Positions 28,970 through 37,075 of a stretch of 64,000 nt of DNA are shown piece by piece (position 1 is the first letter of the stretch; each line of letters starts with the position of its first letter). This DNA comes from Vicinamibacteria bacterium. Lineage in GTDB: Bacteria; Acidobacteriota; Vicinamibacteria; Marinacidobacterales; Marinacidobacteraceae. The DNA lies in assembly GCA_964291235.2 (NCBI GenBank), contig OZ219815.1:736001-800000 (forward strand). The letters are read 5' to 3'. The notes beneath the pieces are model-generated. The model searched no databases. It worked only from the letters and a program-made list of their open reading frames with translations, and was not told where the DNA came from. A program made the position numbers and the translations under genes.

Positions 28970-30226
28970 TCAGGTTCCCGCCAGTAATCGTTGCAGCCGT
29001 GGGTGCTGGGTGCTCACCAGATGGTCTAGGCGATCCCGCATCCAGGCTACAGCGTCGTCGAATGTCGCGTTCGTCTGGCCGTCTGCAGCTTCCGGAGGGA
29101 ACGGTAGTTGCGTCTCACGCTGAAACCCGATCCTCGGCCGTCCAGCATTGTCCGTCCAGTGCGCCAGGTCGTCGCCCAACCGACTTGGCAGCTCATCCAT
29201 AGCAGCCCGGACCTGGGTAAAGACTCGCTCCGCCTGAGGAATTCCTTTCCGGCATGTCAGATAGCACCCGATGGTCCGTTGCTGCCGGTACAGATAGCCC
29301 ACAAATGACAGTCCCCAGCCACCGAATCCCGAATGCCGCACTTTGACATAGATGGCCGATTCGTGCGTCACCTCGGGGACATCCACAGTTACGTCGGAGA
29401 AGGTGTAGTCGTGTAGAACCGCCGTCCAGAATCGGACGTTCTCCTGCTGGTAGTCGGAAAGCGCTTCGCTCGATTCAGGTTTAGCGAGGTCGCTGGGCCC
29501 GGGTTGCACGACGCCACCCTCGACAACGAACCTCTTGACTATCTCTGTCCGCGCCAAACACCGTGGTTGCACGACGATGCGTCCAGCTGTATCGCGGTAC
29601 AAGGCAGCCTCGACGAGCGCAAGCGTGAAATGCAGCCCGCTGTAGCGTTGGACGAACTCCACAATGCTTTCCACGCCCTCACGAATACCGTCGCCGATGA
29701 TCAGAAGTAGAAACTCGCCCCGCGCGAGGTGTCGGGTAACGTTGTCCACAAAGTCCGCTTCTTTTACGTCGGGCGACCGCGCGCGTACCAGTTCGTAGAG
29801 GACATTGCCCTTGCGTCCCAAGGCTATGGACACCTGTCGCTGCAGGTCCTCGTAGTTCCACGAGGCGAACTCCTTGGCGTAGTCGAGAATCTGCCCGATT
29901 ACTTCACGACGCGCCTGCGGATTTCGCCAGAGCTTGAACTCCGCGAGAATCACGCGGCCCAGCGAGTTGACGTATAGCGCGTCCACGTATCCGGCCGACG
30001 TCGCCAGTTCACGACAAACGGGGACCGGACCTGCGTAGGCGGCATCGATCGCCGCGATTGGCAGCGTGCCAGGGAATCTGAAGAGCAGATCCTGGAGCGA
30101 CGACTCGTTTATGCCGCCTTCGGCAACAGGCGTACCGAGCGGGATGCGGTGCAGCACTTCTTCGGACGATTCGCGGGCCGGATCGATACGGACCAACTCG
30201 CCATATCTGTCGTCGAGTTCTGTCAT
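28970..30226 (-). CDS. Putative PD-(D/E)xK (NucS/EndoMS-like) nuclease with DUF4268-like C-terminus
   Basis: E..LQ, VDALY...AEFKL...RREVIGQILDYA; C-terminal RFW...W pattern. Confidence 0.7.
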   Translation of the reverse strand: MTELDDRYGELVRIDPARESSEEVLHRIPLGTPVAEGGINESSLQDLLFRFPGTLPIAAIDAAYAGPVPVCRELATSAGYVDALYVNSLGRVILAEFKLWRNPQARREVIGQILDYAKEFASWNYEDLQRQVSIALGRKGNVLYELVRARSPDVKEADFVDNVTRHLARGEFLLLIIGDGIREGVESIVEFVQRYSGLHFTLALVEAALYRDTAGRIVVQPRCLARTEIVKRFVVEGGVVQPGPSDLAKPESSEALSDYQQENVRFWTAVLHDYTFSDVTVDVPEVTHESAIYVKVRHSGFGGWGLSFVGYLYRQQRTIGCYLTCRKGIPQAERVFTQVRAAMDELPSRLGDDLAHWTDNAGRPRIGFQRETQLPFPPEAADGQTNATFDDAVAWMRDRLDHLVSTQHPRLQRLLAGT

Positions 30227-30335
30227 CACGGCACGCGTTGGTTGTCGCGGCAGTACTGCCACAGGTAGGCGTCGACCCGCTGCCGGCTAAGTCCGTACTC
30301 CGTGCTGAGAAAGGTGACCATTTGCTCGAAGTTGA

Positions 30336-31088
30336 CTATCGGATAATTGTGTCTTCTTTCTTGCTGTCCATGGGCTCCCAAAAACCGCTCGTGTCGTTAT
30401 ACCTATAATGTGTCGTGTTCTCATTACTGAGTAGTGATGGCGGAAGTGGATTCGCAGCATACTTGTTGTGATATACGCTCAATTGCAGAAAGTAGCCGCA
30501 CTTCGGCGCTTTGTGCTCCTCCTCCCGCCACGGCCATCTCTTAGACAAGACTGCCACGGCGCTGATTGACGTGTTCCGGTCGGGAGCCATCCTGTCCCGT
30601 CCACTTCGCTTGAATTCATCGCGGCTTCTATCGGGAATTCCATTGACGAGAGTTATCACCATCTTGGAATCTCCATACATAGCGTCCGCAATACAGTTAG
30701 AGTCGAAATGATGGGCCATGTTGTTCTCCCGATCAGCATAGAGAACTAGGATGCCGTAACACGCTCCGTCGACATGCATCATGCTGTTCTTGATCTGGCT
30801 CTTGGCTTCTAGGATCTTTTGTCTGGCCTTCTGGCCGATTTCCACCGTATCCGGAGACATCGTTATGGTTGTTCTGCCGCGTATCGTTAGACCGTCTATT
30901 TCCAAGTCCTCGTGATGTTCAATACCGCGCGGGTCATATTCAAGTTCCTTTACTTCGGCAACAATCACTGCACCGCCAATGTCCAAGCGACGGTCTGCGG
31001 TCTTTACGCCGCGTCGTGGTGGAATGATGCAACATGCTATCTGTTCCACGGCACAGTAGTTGTCAAAGAGTCGTTCCGACTTATTCAC
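30336..31088 (-). CDS. Hypothetical protein, PD-(D/E)xK-like, AT-richer than the backbone
   Basis: KTADRRL...IVAEVKE motif. Confidence 0.55.
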   Translation of the reverse strand: MNKSERLFDNYCAVEQIACCIIPPRRGVKTADRRLDIGGAVIVAEVKELEYDPRGIEHHEDLEIDGLTIRGRTTITMSPDTVEIGQKARQKILEAKSQIKNSMMHVDGACYGILVLYADRENNMAHHFDSNCIADAMYGDSKMVITLVNGIPDRSRDEFKRSGRDRMAPDRNTSISAVAVLSKRWPWREEEHKAPKCGYFLQLSVYHNKYAANPLPPSLLSNENTTHYRYNDTSGFWEPMDSKKEDTIIR

Positions 31089-31117
31089 TTCCGACTTTGG
31101 CGGGACGTTCCCCGAGG

Positions 31118-31690
31118 CTAATTGTATGAATTTTGGGCGCCACGTTCCAGAAGCTCAGTAATCTGGGACTCGACGTCCTTGGCGCCCAAGACCTGCGCAA
31201 GATGGGCGAGTGCAAGTCCGTACCCGAGCCCGAGACGGCCCAGCCATAGGAACAGTCGAACGTAGCTCGTCGGATTCCCGGCGTCTGCGAGCCCGCCATC
31301 CGCCAGCGGCAAGCTCAACGACAGCGGGGTCGGGTGGTCGTATGTCGACAGTAATCCCGATCTCGCTTCTTTGGCCCACCAGTCACAGTAGAACTCATTG
31401 AACCCGTATTCTGGGGGCACAGACGGCCAGACCCGGGCCATCTGCGCAAATGCGGCCCGCAACTCTGTCGCCATCGCGTGGACGCCGTCGACATCGACAT
31501 CGCACGCGGAAATCGCCATCGTGTGAAGGCACACCTTGCGCAAGCGCCGGACCCAATCCGGCTCGTCCGCTCCGATCCTCCGATTTGGTGTATCGATCCG
31601 CGCATGGATCCGGGCCAACTCGCGAAGCAGGTCTATTTGTTTCCCGCACCGGGTCCGCTGCCGCTCCACGCCTTCCGCCGCCGCATGCAT
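31118..31690 (-). CDS. Hypothetical helical protein (DUF5677/HEPN-like?)
   Basis: LLSTYDHPT resembles the LS..xH motif; the ATG abuts the stop of the upstream gene. Confidence 0.5.
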   Translation of the reverse strand: MHAAAEGVERQRTRCGKQIDLLRELARIHARIDTPNRRIGADEPDWVRRLRKVCLHTMAISACDVDVDGVHAMATELRAAFAQMARVWPSVPPEYGFNEFYCDWWAKEARSGLLSTYDHPTPLSLSLPLADGGLADAGNPTSYVRLFLWLGRLGLGYGLALAHLAQVLGAKDVESQITELLERGAQNSYN

Positions 31691-32593
31691 TCAGTCTTCC
31701 ACCACGGTGTTGACACCGGCCATCGCCGACATCGCAGCGCGCCGAAGGTCGGCTGAGGTTGCCCGCCCTTCTCTCAGTCGCCCTAGCGTGGCTTCAACCC
31801 TTCCTTTGCCGTCATCTCCGGTGACAGGGAACAATGCGGCGTACGCGTTCATGGAGCCCACCTGCTCCACTAGGTAGTCCATGAAGCCCGCGAAGGCCAA
31901 TGCGGCTTGCCACGTGTTCGTCGATCCGACGCCGCCGCGCCACGTGTGCCCCCTCAAAGTCCCATCGCCGTGGCAGAAGTGCTCGCTCAGGTGCGCGTAC
32001 CAGCCTGCGCCGCCCTCGAGCACGGCCACCTTGGCCGCTTGTTTGAGGCTTCCTCTCTGGCGTTTCTGCGGTTTGCGCATACGCACGCTCTGCGCCGCCG
32101 CTTCCTCCACCTCCGAGATCCTCGCGAGCAACTCCTCGTGGCCGACCTTGCCCCTGGTCGCCCGGATGATCGTGCCGTAGTAGCCAGCGTTCACGCGACC
32201 GGCGAGCGCTCTCGCGGCGCTTTCCGGCTTGGTTGTCAGGCCCGGCGAAACAAGCAGATTGTCGCAGATGAACACGACCTGTCCCGCGCACTCCAGGACG
32301 GGCCGCATCTGCACGGCGAGCGAATGTGGGTTGTTGGCTGCGTTGGCGCGGAGGACGGCGTCCGCGTGGAGCCGCGCCTTGCGCACCAACACTGCGCATT
32401 GGTTCCGGAAGGGAGCGGTAGAATCGGCCTCCAGATCGGCTTGGGCTGTGGCCTTCAGCACGCCACCGGCGTCCCCAAACGACCGTTCGAGATCGCGTGT
32501 CGTCGAAACCGATCCCGCCAGCAGATCCGCCATTCCCGCACGATAGCGGGCGACCTCAGCAGCGACAGTCGCCTGCTGTCTCGCCGCCGCCAT
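31691..32593 (-). CDS. Hypothetical helical protein, DUF5677/HEPN-like
   Basis: MRPVLE...WYAHLSEHFCHG. May be 5'-interrupted by the in-frame TAG at 32594-32596. Confidence 0.55.
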   Translation of the reverse strand: MAAARQQATVAAEVARYRAGMADLLAGSVSTTRDLERSFGDAGGVLKATAQADLEADSTAPFRNQCAVLVRKARLHADAVLRANAANNPHSLAVQMRPVLECAGQVVFICDNLLVSPGLTTKPESAARALAGRVNAGYYGTIIRATRGKVGHEELLARISEVEEAAAQSVRMRKPQKRQRGSLKQAAKVAVLEGGAGWYAHLSEHFCHGDGTLRGHTWRGGVGSTNTWQAALAFAGFMDYLVEQVGSMNAYAALFPVTGDDGKGRVEATLGRLREGRATSADLRRAAMSAMAGVNTVVED

Positions 32594-32857
32594 CTACGCT
32601 CGCAGCCGCAGGATGAGCCCCCTGCGGTCGTCGAGGGTGTCTGCCATACTCATCCTATAAGGCGTTTATTATATGCAGTTTATTCGCCCCCTTTCTTGAC
32701 TTGATCCCACGGAGCCGACCCCAATTTCGGAACTTCCCGATCTGGACGCTCCGCCCCGCGGCGGATAGTGGGACCAAGCGTGGCGCTCTCCGAACGACGC
32801 GCAAGCGAGGACTTGCCAACTGAATTAGGTGGAATGCGCGCCAGTGGAACCCCGTAG

Positions 32858-33772
32858 CTACGCCTGCGCCATACCACGATCGACGCCGTCCCTACTTTGC
32901 CACTTCGCCCGTCCTGTTTGCAGGTGTGGGATTCGCAGGTATCGCTCGACATCGGCGGCCGCCCCTATTCCTCGAATTCTGCCGCAGTAGTAACACTCCG
33001 TATTTGGCTTTCGCTTAGTCGTTACACGCGGCAGATGGCCCACATAGTTCAGGAAACGCCGGGGCTTTGACGCTCCAGACACAGCCAGCATGAATTCGGT
33101 CGCAGCGAGAGAGGCGATCACCCCATTGACGGGAGACACGGCCGGGCCGGTTTCCCCGAGCGCCTCCCGAGGAACACCGTAAATCGCGGCTTGAATCTCT
33201 TGTTCCTCTTCACTAGAGAGGTATCTGCGCACGGCTTCTGGATCAAGTTGCTCCAAGCAATGAACACATCCTTCGCCGTTGACTGCTATACAAACTCGTC
33301 CGCCGTATTCCACTCCCTTCTTGATGTCGGACGCGAGATCGATGTACGGCTTGGCGTAGGCCGCGCAAAGTTCATTCAGGATGAACCGGGGCCCGTCGTC
33401 ATCGAAACAGCCAAAAACCCAATCGACTCGCTTCACAACCTCAAAGACAGGCGGCGTCACCAAGCCTGCTTTGAGTGCCGTAACCTTGATGTCGGGATTG
33501 ATCTCACCGATGTGTCTCTTGATGATATCAACCTTGGGGCTACCAGGAACCGGATCGTCATGCCTTGCGCCAACGAATCGATTGCGATTCGTGTCGTCAA
33601 GCTCTTGATCATCTGCCAGCGAAACGGAACCTACACCCATGAGAGCTAGGTGCTGGCTGAGAGCACTGCCCAGACCGCCCACGCCGATAACGGCAACCGC
33701 AGCTGACCACAGCCGGCGCTGCCCTACCTCACCAATAAGGCGAATGTTGCGGTCATACCGATCCGGGAGCAT
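32858..33772 (-). CDS. E1-like ThiF/MoeB adenylating enzyme (BilD-like)
   Basis: RYDRN, GVGGLG, TNRNR, GCFD, two CxxC motifs (CVHC, CYYC). Confidence 0.9.
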   Translation of the reverse strand: MLPDRYDRNIRLIGEVGQRRLWSAAVAVIGVGGLGSALSQHLALMGVGSVSLADDQELDDTNRNRFVGARHDDPVPGSPKVDIIKRHIGEINPDIKVTALKAGLVTPPVFEVVKRVDWVFGCFDDDGPRFILNELCAAYAKPYIDLASDIKKGVEYGGRVCIAVNGEGCVHCLEQLDPEAVRRYLSSEEEQEIQAAIYGVPREALGETGPAVSPVNGVIASLAATEFMLAVSGASKPRRFLNYVGHLPRVTTKRKPNTECYYCGRIRGIGAAADVERYLRIPHLQTGRAKWQSRDGVDRGMAQA

Positions 33773-33774
33773 GG

Positions 33775-34290
33775 TCAGTTCCAGTCCCCAAGGGAGAATC
33801 CCGTGGGTCGCCACACCGAATCCTCCGCTACCACAGCATCAAGAGCACAGGGATTCGTCGGTTCGTTCAACCAGACCAGAGCATCGAAACCGGATGGCGC
33901 GACAACGATTGCCAGGTACGGTCGGCCTCCTAGACGCCACCACATATGTGGCACGGTCTCCTGGAGCCCGAAGCGGTCCGCCTTGGAGAATCGAGCACCG
34001 AACGGACTCAAATGAGAGTGCATCTCTACAAGCGATGCGTCGAGATCCAACGCCTTCTTGATCAGGCCGATCCTAGTTGCGTCGGCCATCTCCAGGTAGT
34101 CCCCCTCCTGCCTAACGAAGTCTTTCGACTCGAGTCGACGCGTATCGATGACCTTGAAACGAGTAAGGCCATCGGTTTCGTTCCGGGTCGCGAAGAGAAA
34201 AGCGGCCTGCTCCTGTTTGCTCCCGTAAGGGAGCAGATGCCGCGCGATCTGGGCCAAGACAGCACTTTCTATCTCGAGGACTATGCTCAT
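33775..34290 (-). CDS. JAB/MPN metallopeptidase (BilC-like deubiquitinase)
   Basis: EQAAFL...HSH...FSKAD JAMM motif; ATGA overlap with the E2 stop. Confidence 0.85.
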   Translation of the reverse strand: MSIVLEIESAVLAQIARHLLPYGSKQEQAAFLFATRNETDGLTRFKVIDTRRLESKDFVRQEGDYLEMADATRIGLIKKALDLDASLVEMHSHLSPFGARFSKADRFGLQETVPHMWWRLGGRPYLAIVVAPSGFDALVWLNEPTNPCALDAVVAEDSVWRPTGFSLGDWN

Positions 34291-34694
34291 GCCCCCTCCT
34301 TGAGGCGCACCACGAAGCTTCGACACCAGGCGGCCAAGTTCGAACCTCCCTTGACACTCGTGGCCGGCGCCCAGTTATCAACGGTCCAAGAGAACAGGAG
34401 CCACTCTCCACGAAACGGGACGGAATTCGGTGCGCCACCTGTGCTCTGAGGGGCCACACCTCCGAAGGTTGTGGTTTGGGGCATCAGAAATCCGTAGGGT
34501 GGGGCAGACGGATAGTCCGCCTTGACAAGGAAGGCGATCGGTAATTCGTGAGTCGGTTCACCTCCGACAGTCCATCCAGGCGGGATGGCATACCTGGGCA
34601 ACAAGAACCAGTCCTCTCCACCGTGTTCGGCATGCTGAATGTCGTTGTAGATGGTATGGAGTAAAGCCAGCTCCTCCTCGATCCGTGGTCTCAC
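34287..34694 (-). CDS. E2/UBC-like protein (BilB-like)
   Basis: RIEEEL, YAIPPGW, DYPSAPP, W..FSW...W; GTG start overlaps the Ubl TAG. Confidence 0.8.
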   Translation of the reverse strand: MRPRIEEELALLHTIYNDIQHAEHGGEDWFLLPRYAIPPGWTVGGEPTHELPIAFLVKADYPSAPPYGFLMPQTTTFGGVAPQSTGGAPNSVPFRGEWLLFSWTVDNWAPATSVKGGSNLAAWCRSFVVRLKEGA

Positions 34695-34936
34695 TAGCCC
34701 CGCTTCCACTTATGCAGTTTGCCGTAGCTACAGTTACGACCGAGGTCGACCTCTTCATCCGGACTCAGCGTCCGCTCGTTACCGAATCGATCAATCTCGA
34801 TGACTCCTTCAGCGATGTCCCAACCTCCGATCTCGGCGATCTGTTTGGCTGAAACTCTGGACTCAGGCCATGGAATCTCCTGTCCTTCGATGTTCAGGAG
34901 GCATCCTGGCACTTCAATTTGCTGTGGATCCGACAT
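34694..34936 (-). CDS. Single-domain ubiquitin-like protein (BilA-like, multi-ubiquitin type) ending KRG
   Basis: AAGGAG RBS, 80 aa, LNIEGQEIPW...VSAKQIAEIGG...LSPDEEVDL, C-terminal Gly; first gene of the operon. Confidence 0.8.
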   Translation of the reverse strand: MSDPQQIEVPGCLLNIEGQEIPWPESRVSAKQIAEIGGWDIAEGVIEIDRFGNERTLSPDEEVDLGRNCSYGKLHKWKRG

Positions 34937-35011
34937 GGCGCTGAATCTCCTTTTCGGATAAGGGTGGCTTTTTGGGTCGCTCCACTTCGCGGAACTCCCA
35001 CTGGAGGGAGG

Positions 35012-35114
35012 ATTCTCGCCAATCAGATCTGAAATGTCAAGTATCGAAACGATTCGGATGTTGGTAATACCAACAGTTTGTATGATTGACGTAAACGGGT
35101 TCGCCGGATAGACT
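35012..35114. promoter_or_regulatory. Divergent sigma-70 promoters with a central palindromic operator
   Basis: Minus strand: TTGACA(35040-35035)-17-GAGAAT. Plus strand: TTGACG(35086)-17-TAGACT(35109). Perfect inverted repeat TGTTGGTA-A-TACCAACA at 35059-35075. Confidence 0.7.
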
Positions 35115-35121
35115 TTCAGCG

Positions 35122-35463
35122 ATGAAGGGCGGCCCTGGCGCCGATCTCTACGTCGCCTTCGGGAGGCTCGTGCGCCTGCACCGGAAGCGCCTCGACGGTA
35201 TGACCCAGGAACAGTTGGGCCGTCGCGTCGGATTGTCACGCCCGTCCGTCGCGAACATTGAACGCGGTCGGCAGAATGTTGCCCTCCACCAGATCTTCGC
35301 CATCGCTGAGGCGCTGCGGGTGCAACCGGCGACGCTCCTTCCCTCAGTGGTGGGGCGTACGGACAATTCACACATTGCTGACGCGCTGCCGCCCGGCACC
35401 GATACTGAGATCGCCGACTGGGCCGGAAAGTTGCTCAGAGAGAGTGCAGGGGAGAGCCGATGA
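35122..35463 (+). CDS. XRE HTH repressor (CapH-like)
   Basis: GMTQEQLGRRVGLSRPSVANIERGRQN. Confidence 0.9.
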   Translation: MKGGPGADLYVAFGRLVRLHRKRLDGMTQEQLGRRVGLSRPSVANIERGRQNVALHQIFAIAEALRVQPATLLPSVVGRTDNSHIADALPPGTDTEIADWAGKLLRESAGESR

Positions 35464-35984
35464 GACGACCGCGAACTGCCGCAAGAATTCGGCCGTTGGC
35501 TAAACAGTTACTCGAAGAGTGTGCCATTTTTCGGCCTCCGGTACCAGTCGACGAACTTGCGCGAATACGCGGCGCTCGAATTCGATACTCCCCGTTTGAC
35601 GGGGAACTTGCTGGCATCCTGATTCGGGACGAGAGCAACACGATCATCGGCGTGAATTCGCTGCATCACACTAATCGACAGCGCTTTACTATCGCCCACG
35701 AACTCGGTCATCTCGTTCTACACAAAGGTCGCGTGCATATTGATCGGTCGTTCCGCGTCAATCGCCGCGACGCAATTGCGGCTCAGGCCACAGATCCAGA
35801 GGAAGTAGAAGCTAACCGCTTCGCTGCGGAATTACTGATGCCGCTCAGCATGATCACGAGCGACCTAGCGGACTGCATTGATATAGAAGACGAACAAGAG
35901 CTGAAGGCTCTAGCGCTCAAGTATCAGGTGAGCCTGCAAGCGATGACTCATCGAATCACGAATCTGCTCGATGATCTGTTCTGA
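35460..35984 (+). CDS. ImmA/IrrE metallopeptidase (CapP-like)
   Basis: RQRFTIAHELGH, EVEANRFAAELLMP; ATGA overlap with the HTH gene. Confidence 0.92.
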   Translation: MRRPRTAARIRPLAKQLLEECAIFRPPVPVDELARIRGARIRYSPFDGELAGILIRDESNTIIGVNSLHHTNRQRFTIAHELGHLVLHKGRVHIDRSFRVNRRDAIAAQATDPEEVEANRFAAELLMPLSMITSDLADCIDIEDEQELKALALKYQVSLQAMTHRITNLLDDLF

Positions 35985-36299
35985 CTGGTCGTTCTTCGTT
36001 AGCTTCACCCGCCGCTGCACGAATCGCTTCGCCATCGTTCCTAGCCGTCCAATGGCACCCGAAGGGAAGGCTCATCGGGGCCGAGCGCAACCGGTGAGCC
36101 TTGACGCGCCTGCGCTTCAGTCTGCCGCGACGATTCCGGCTGGGGCTTAACCCCTGGGGCAGTTCGTCGGCTCGGGCCCGAGGGGATGATCCGCTCGGGT
36201 CCGAATTCCGTCGGAAGCGAAAAGCGGGCGTTCTTCCTGACGGAGAAGGGCTGACCGGCGCTCGCGGACCTTGAGACGCCTGCGCCGGAGTGGGACAGG

Positions 36300-36545
36300 C
36301 CCCGGAACTCATCATGCGGCGGCGGCTCTCCCTCGACTACGTCCTCGAGCACCCCGACCTCGGCTGGCTCCCCACCGAGCCGGAGAAGGTGGCCTACTTC
36401 CAGGCCCTGGGCATCCCGGTCGCCACCCTCCCTCGCCGCGACTATCGCGGGCCCGTCTCGCAGCGCTCCACCCGGCGTACTTCGCGTTCAAGCTCCCCGT
36501 CGCCGGCGACGGCACGACCACGACATTCGTCTATACCGCGACGGG
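36300..36545 (+). pseudogene. Frameshifted gene fragment, probably a mobile-element relic
   Basis: LSLDYVLEHPDLGWLPTEPEKVAYF continues in another frame as YFAFKLPVAGDGTTTTFVY. High-GC3 coding signature, no intact start or end. Confidence 0.5.
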
Positions 36546-36593
36546 CGGCCGCCGCCGGCTGCAGCGTGAGCGGATCCGCAGAAATCGTGCCGA

Positions 36594-36964
36594 GGTGGAG
36601 GCGGCGGGAATCGAACCCGCGTCCGAAAGCCTTCCGCAACGACGTCTACATGCATATCCAGGTTGTGGCGAGAACCCGCGCCCGGAGGCGCCTTTCCCAC
36701 TTTCGGGCCCGCGCCGCATCAACCCGGCGAATCGCGGCTCGGTCCCTATCCCTGAGGCTTACCGACGGCTCGGGAAGGCCGCCGGCAAAGCCCACCTAGT
36801 CGACGTCCTTTCCCGCCCGGTAGGCGTGGTCAGGAAGGACGTGGCTTAAGCAGCCAGTGCCAGATCGTTGTTGGCGTTTGTGTTTGTTTCCACCGTTTAC
36901 GAGAGGTGGACCCCCGACATGCAATCGTTACTTCATGTGCCTTCGTCGAACCCAGTACGCCCCC
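36594..36964 (-). ncRNA. ssrA: tmRNA, tag (A)ANNDLALAA
   Basis: 5' GGGGGCG...TTCGAC; tag ORF 36875-36846; 3' GACGCGGGTTCGATTCCCGCCGCCTCCACC; G3-U acceptor pair. Confidence 0.95.
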
Positions 36965-37075
36965 TCCTCGCGCGAGCCAAGCGGCAATCCGAGGCCGAAA
37001 ACCGGCCCCGGCGACCGGTGGGGACACGAGCCCCGCACCAATGACCGCGTCGCGAATCGGCTAGCATTTTAGCCG

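Noticed and set aside
28970-32593. Integron cassette array
   Set aside because: No attC (RYYYAAC...GTTRRRY) structures between the genes and no integrase.
32858-34936. Thiamine/molybdopterin sulfur-carrier operon or CBASS
   Set aside because: An E2-like gene is present, no cofactor synthesis genes are nearby, and there is no CD-NTase.
34937-35371. N-terminal 145 aa of the 225-aa ORF 34694-35371
   Set aside because: It overlaps the promoter region and HTH gene; the real start is the RBS-preceded ATG at 34936.
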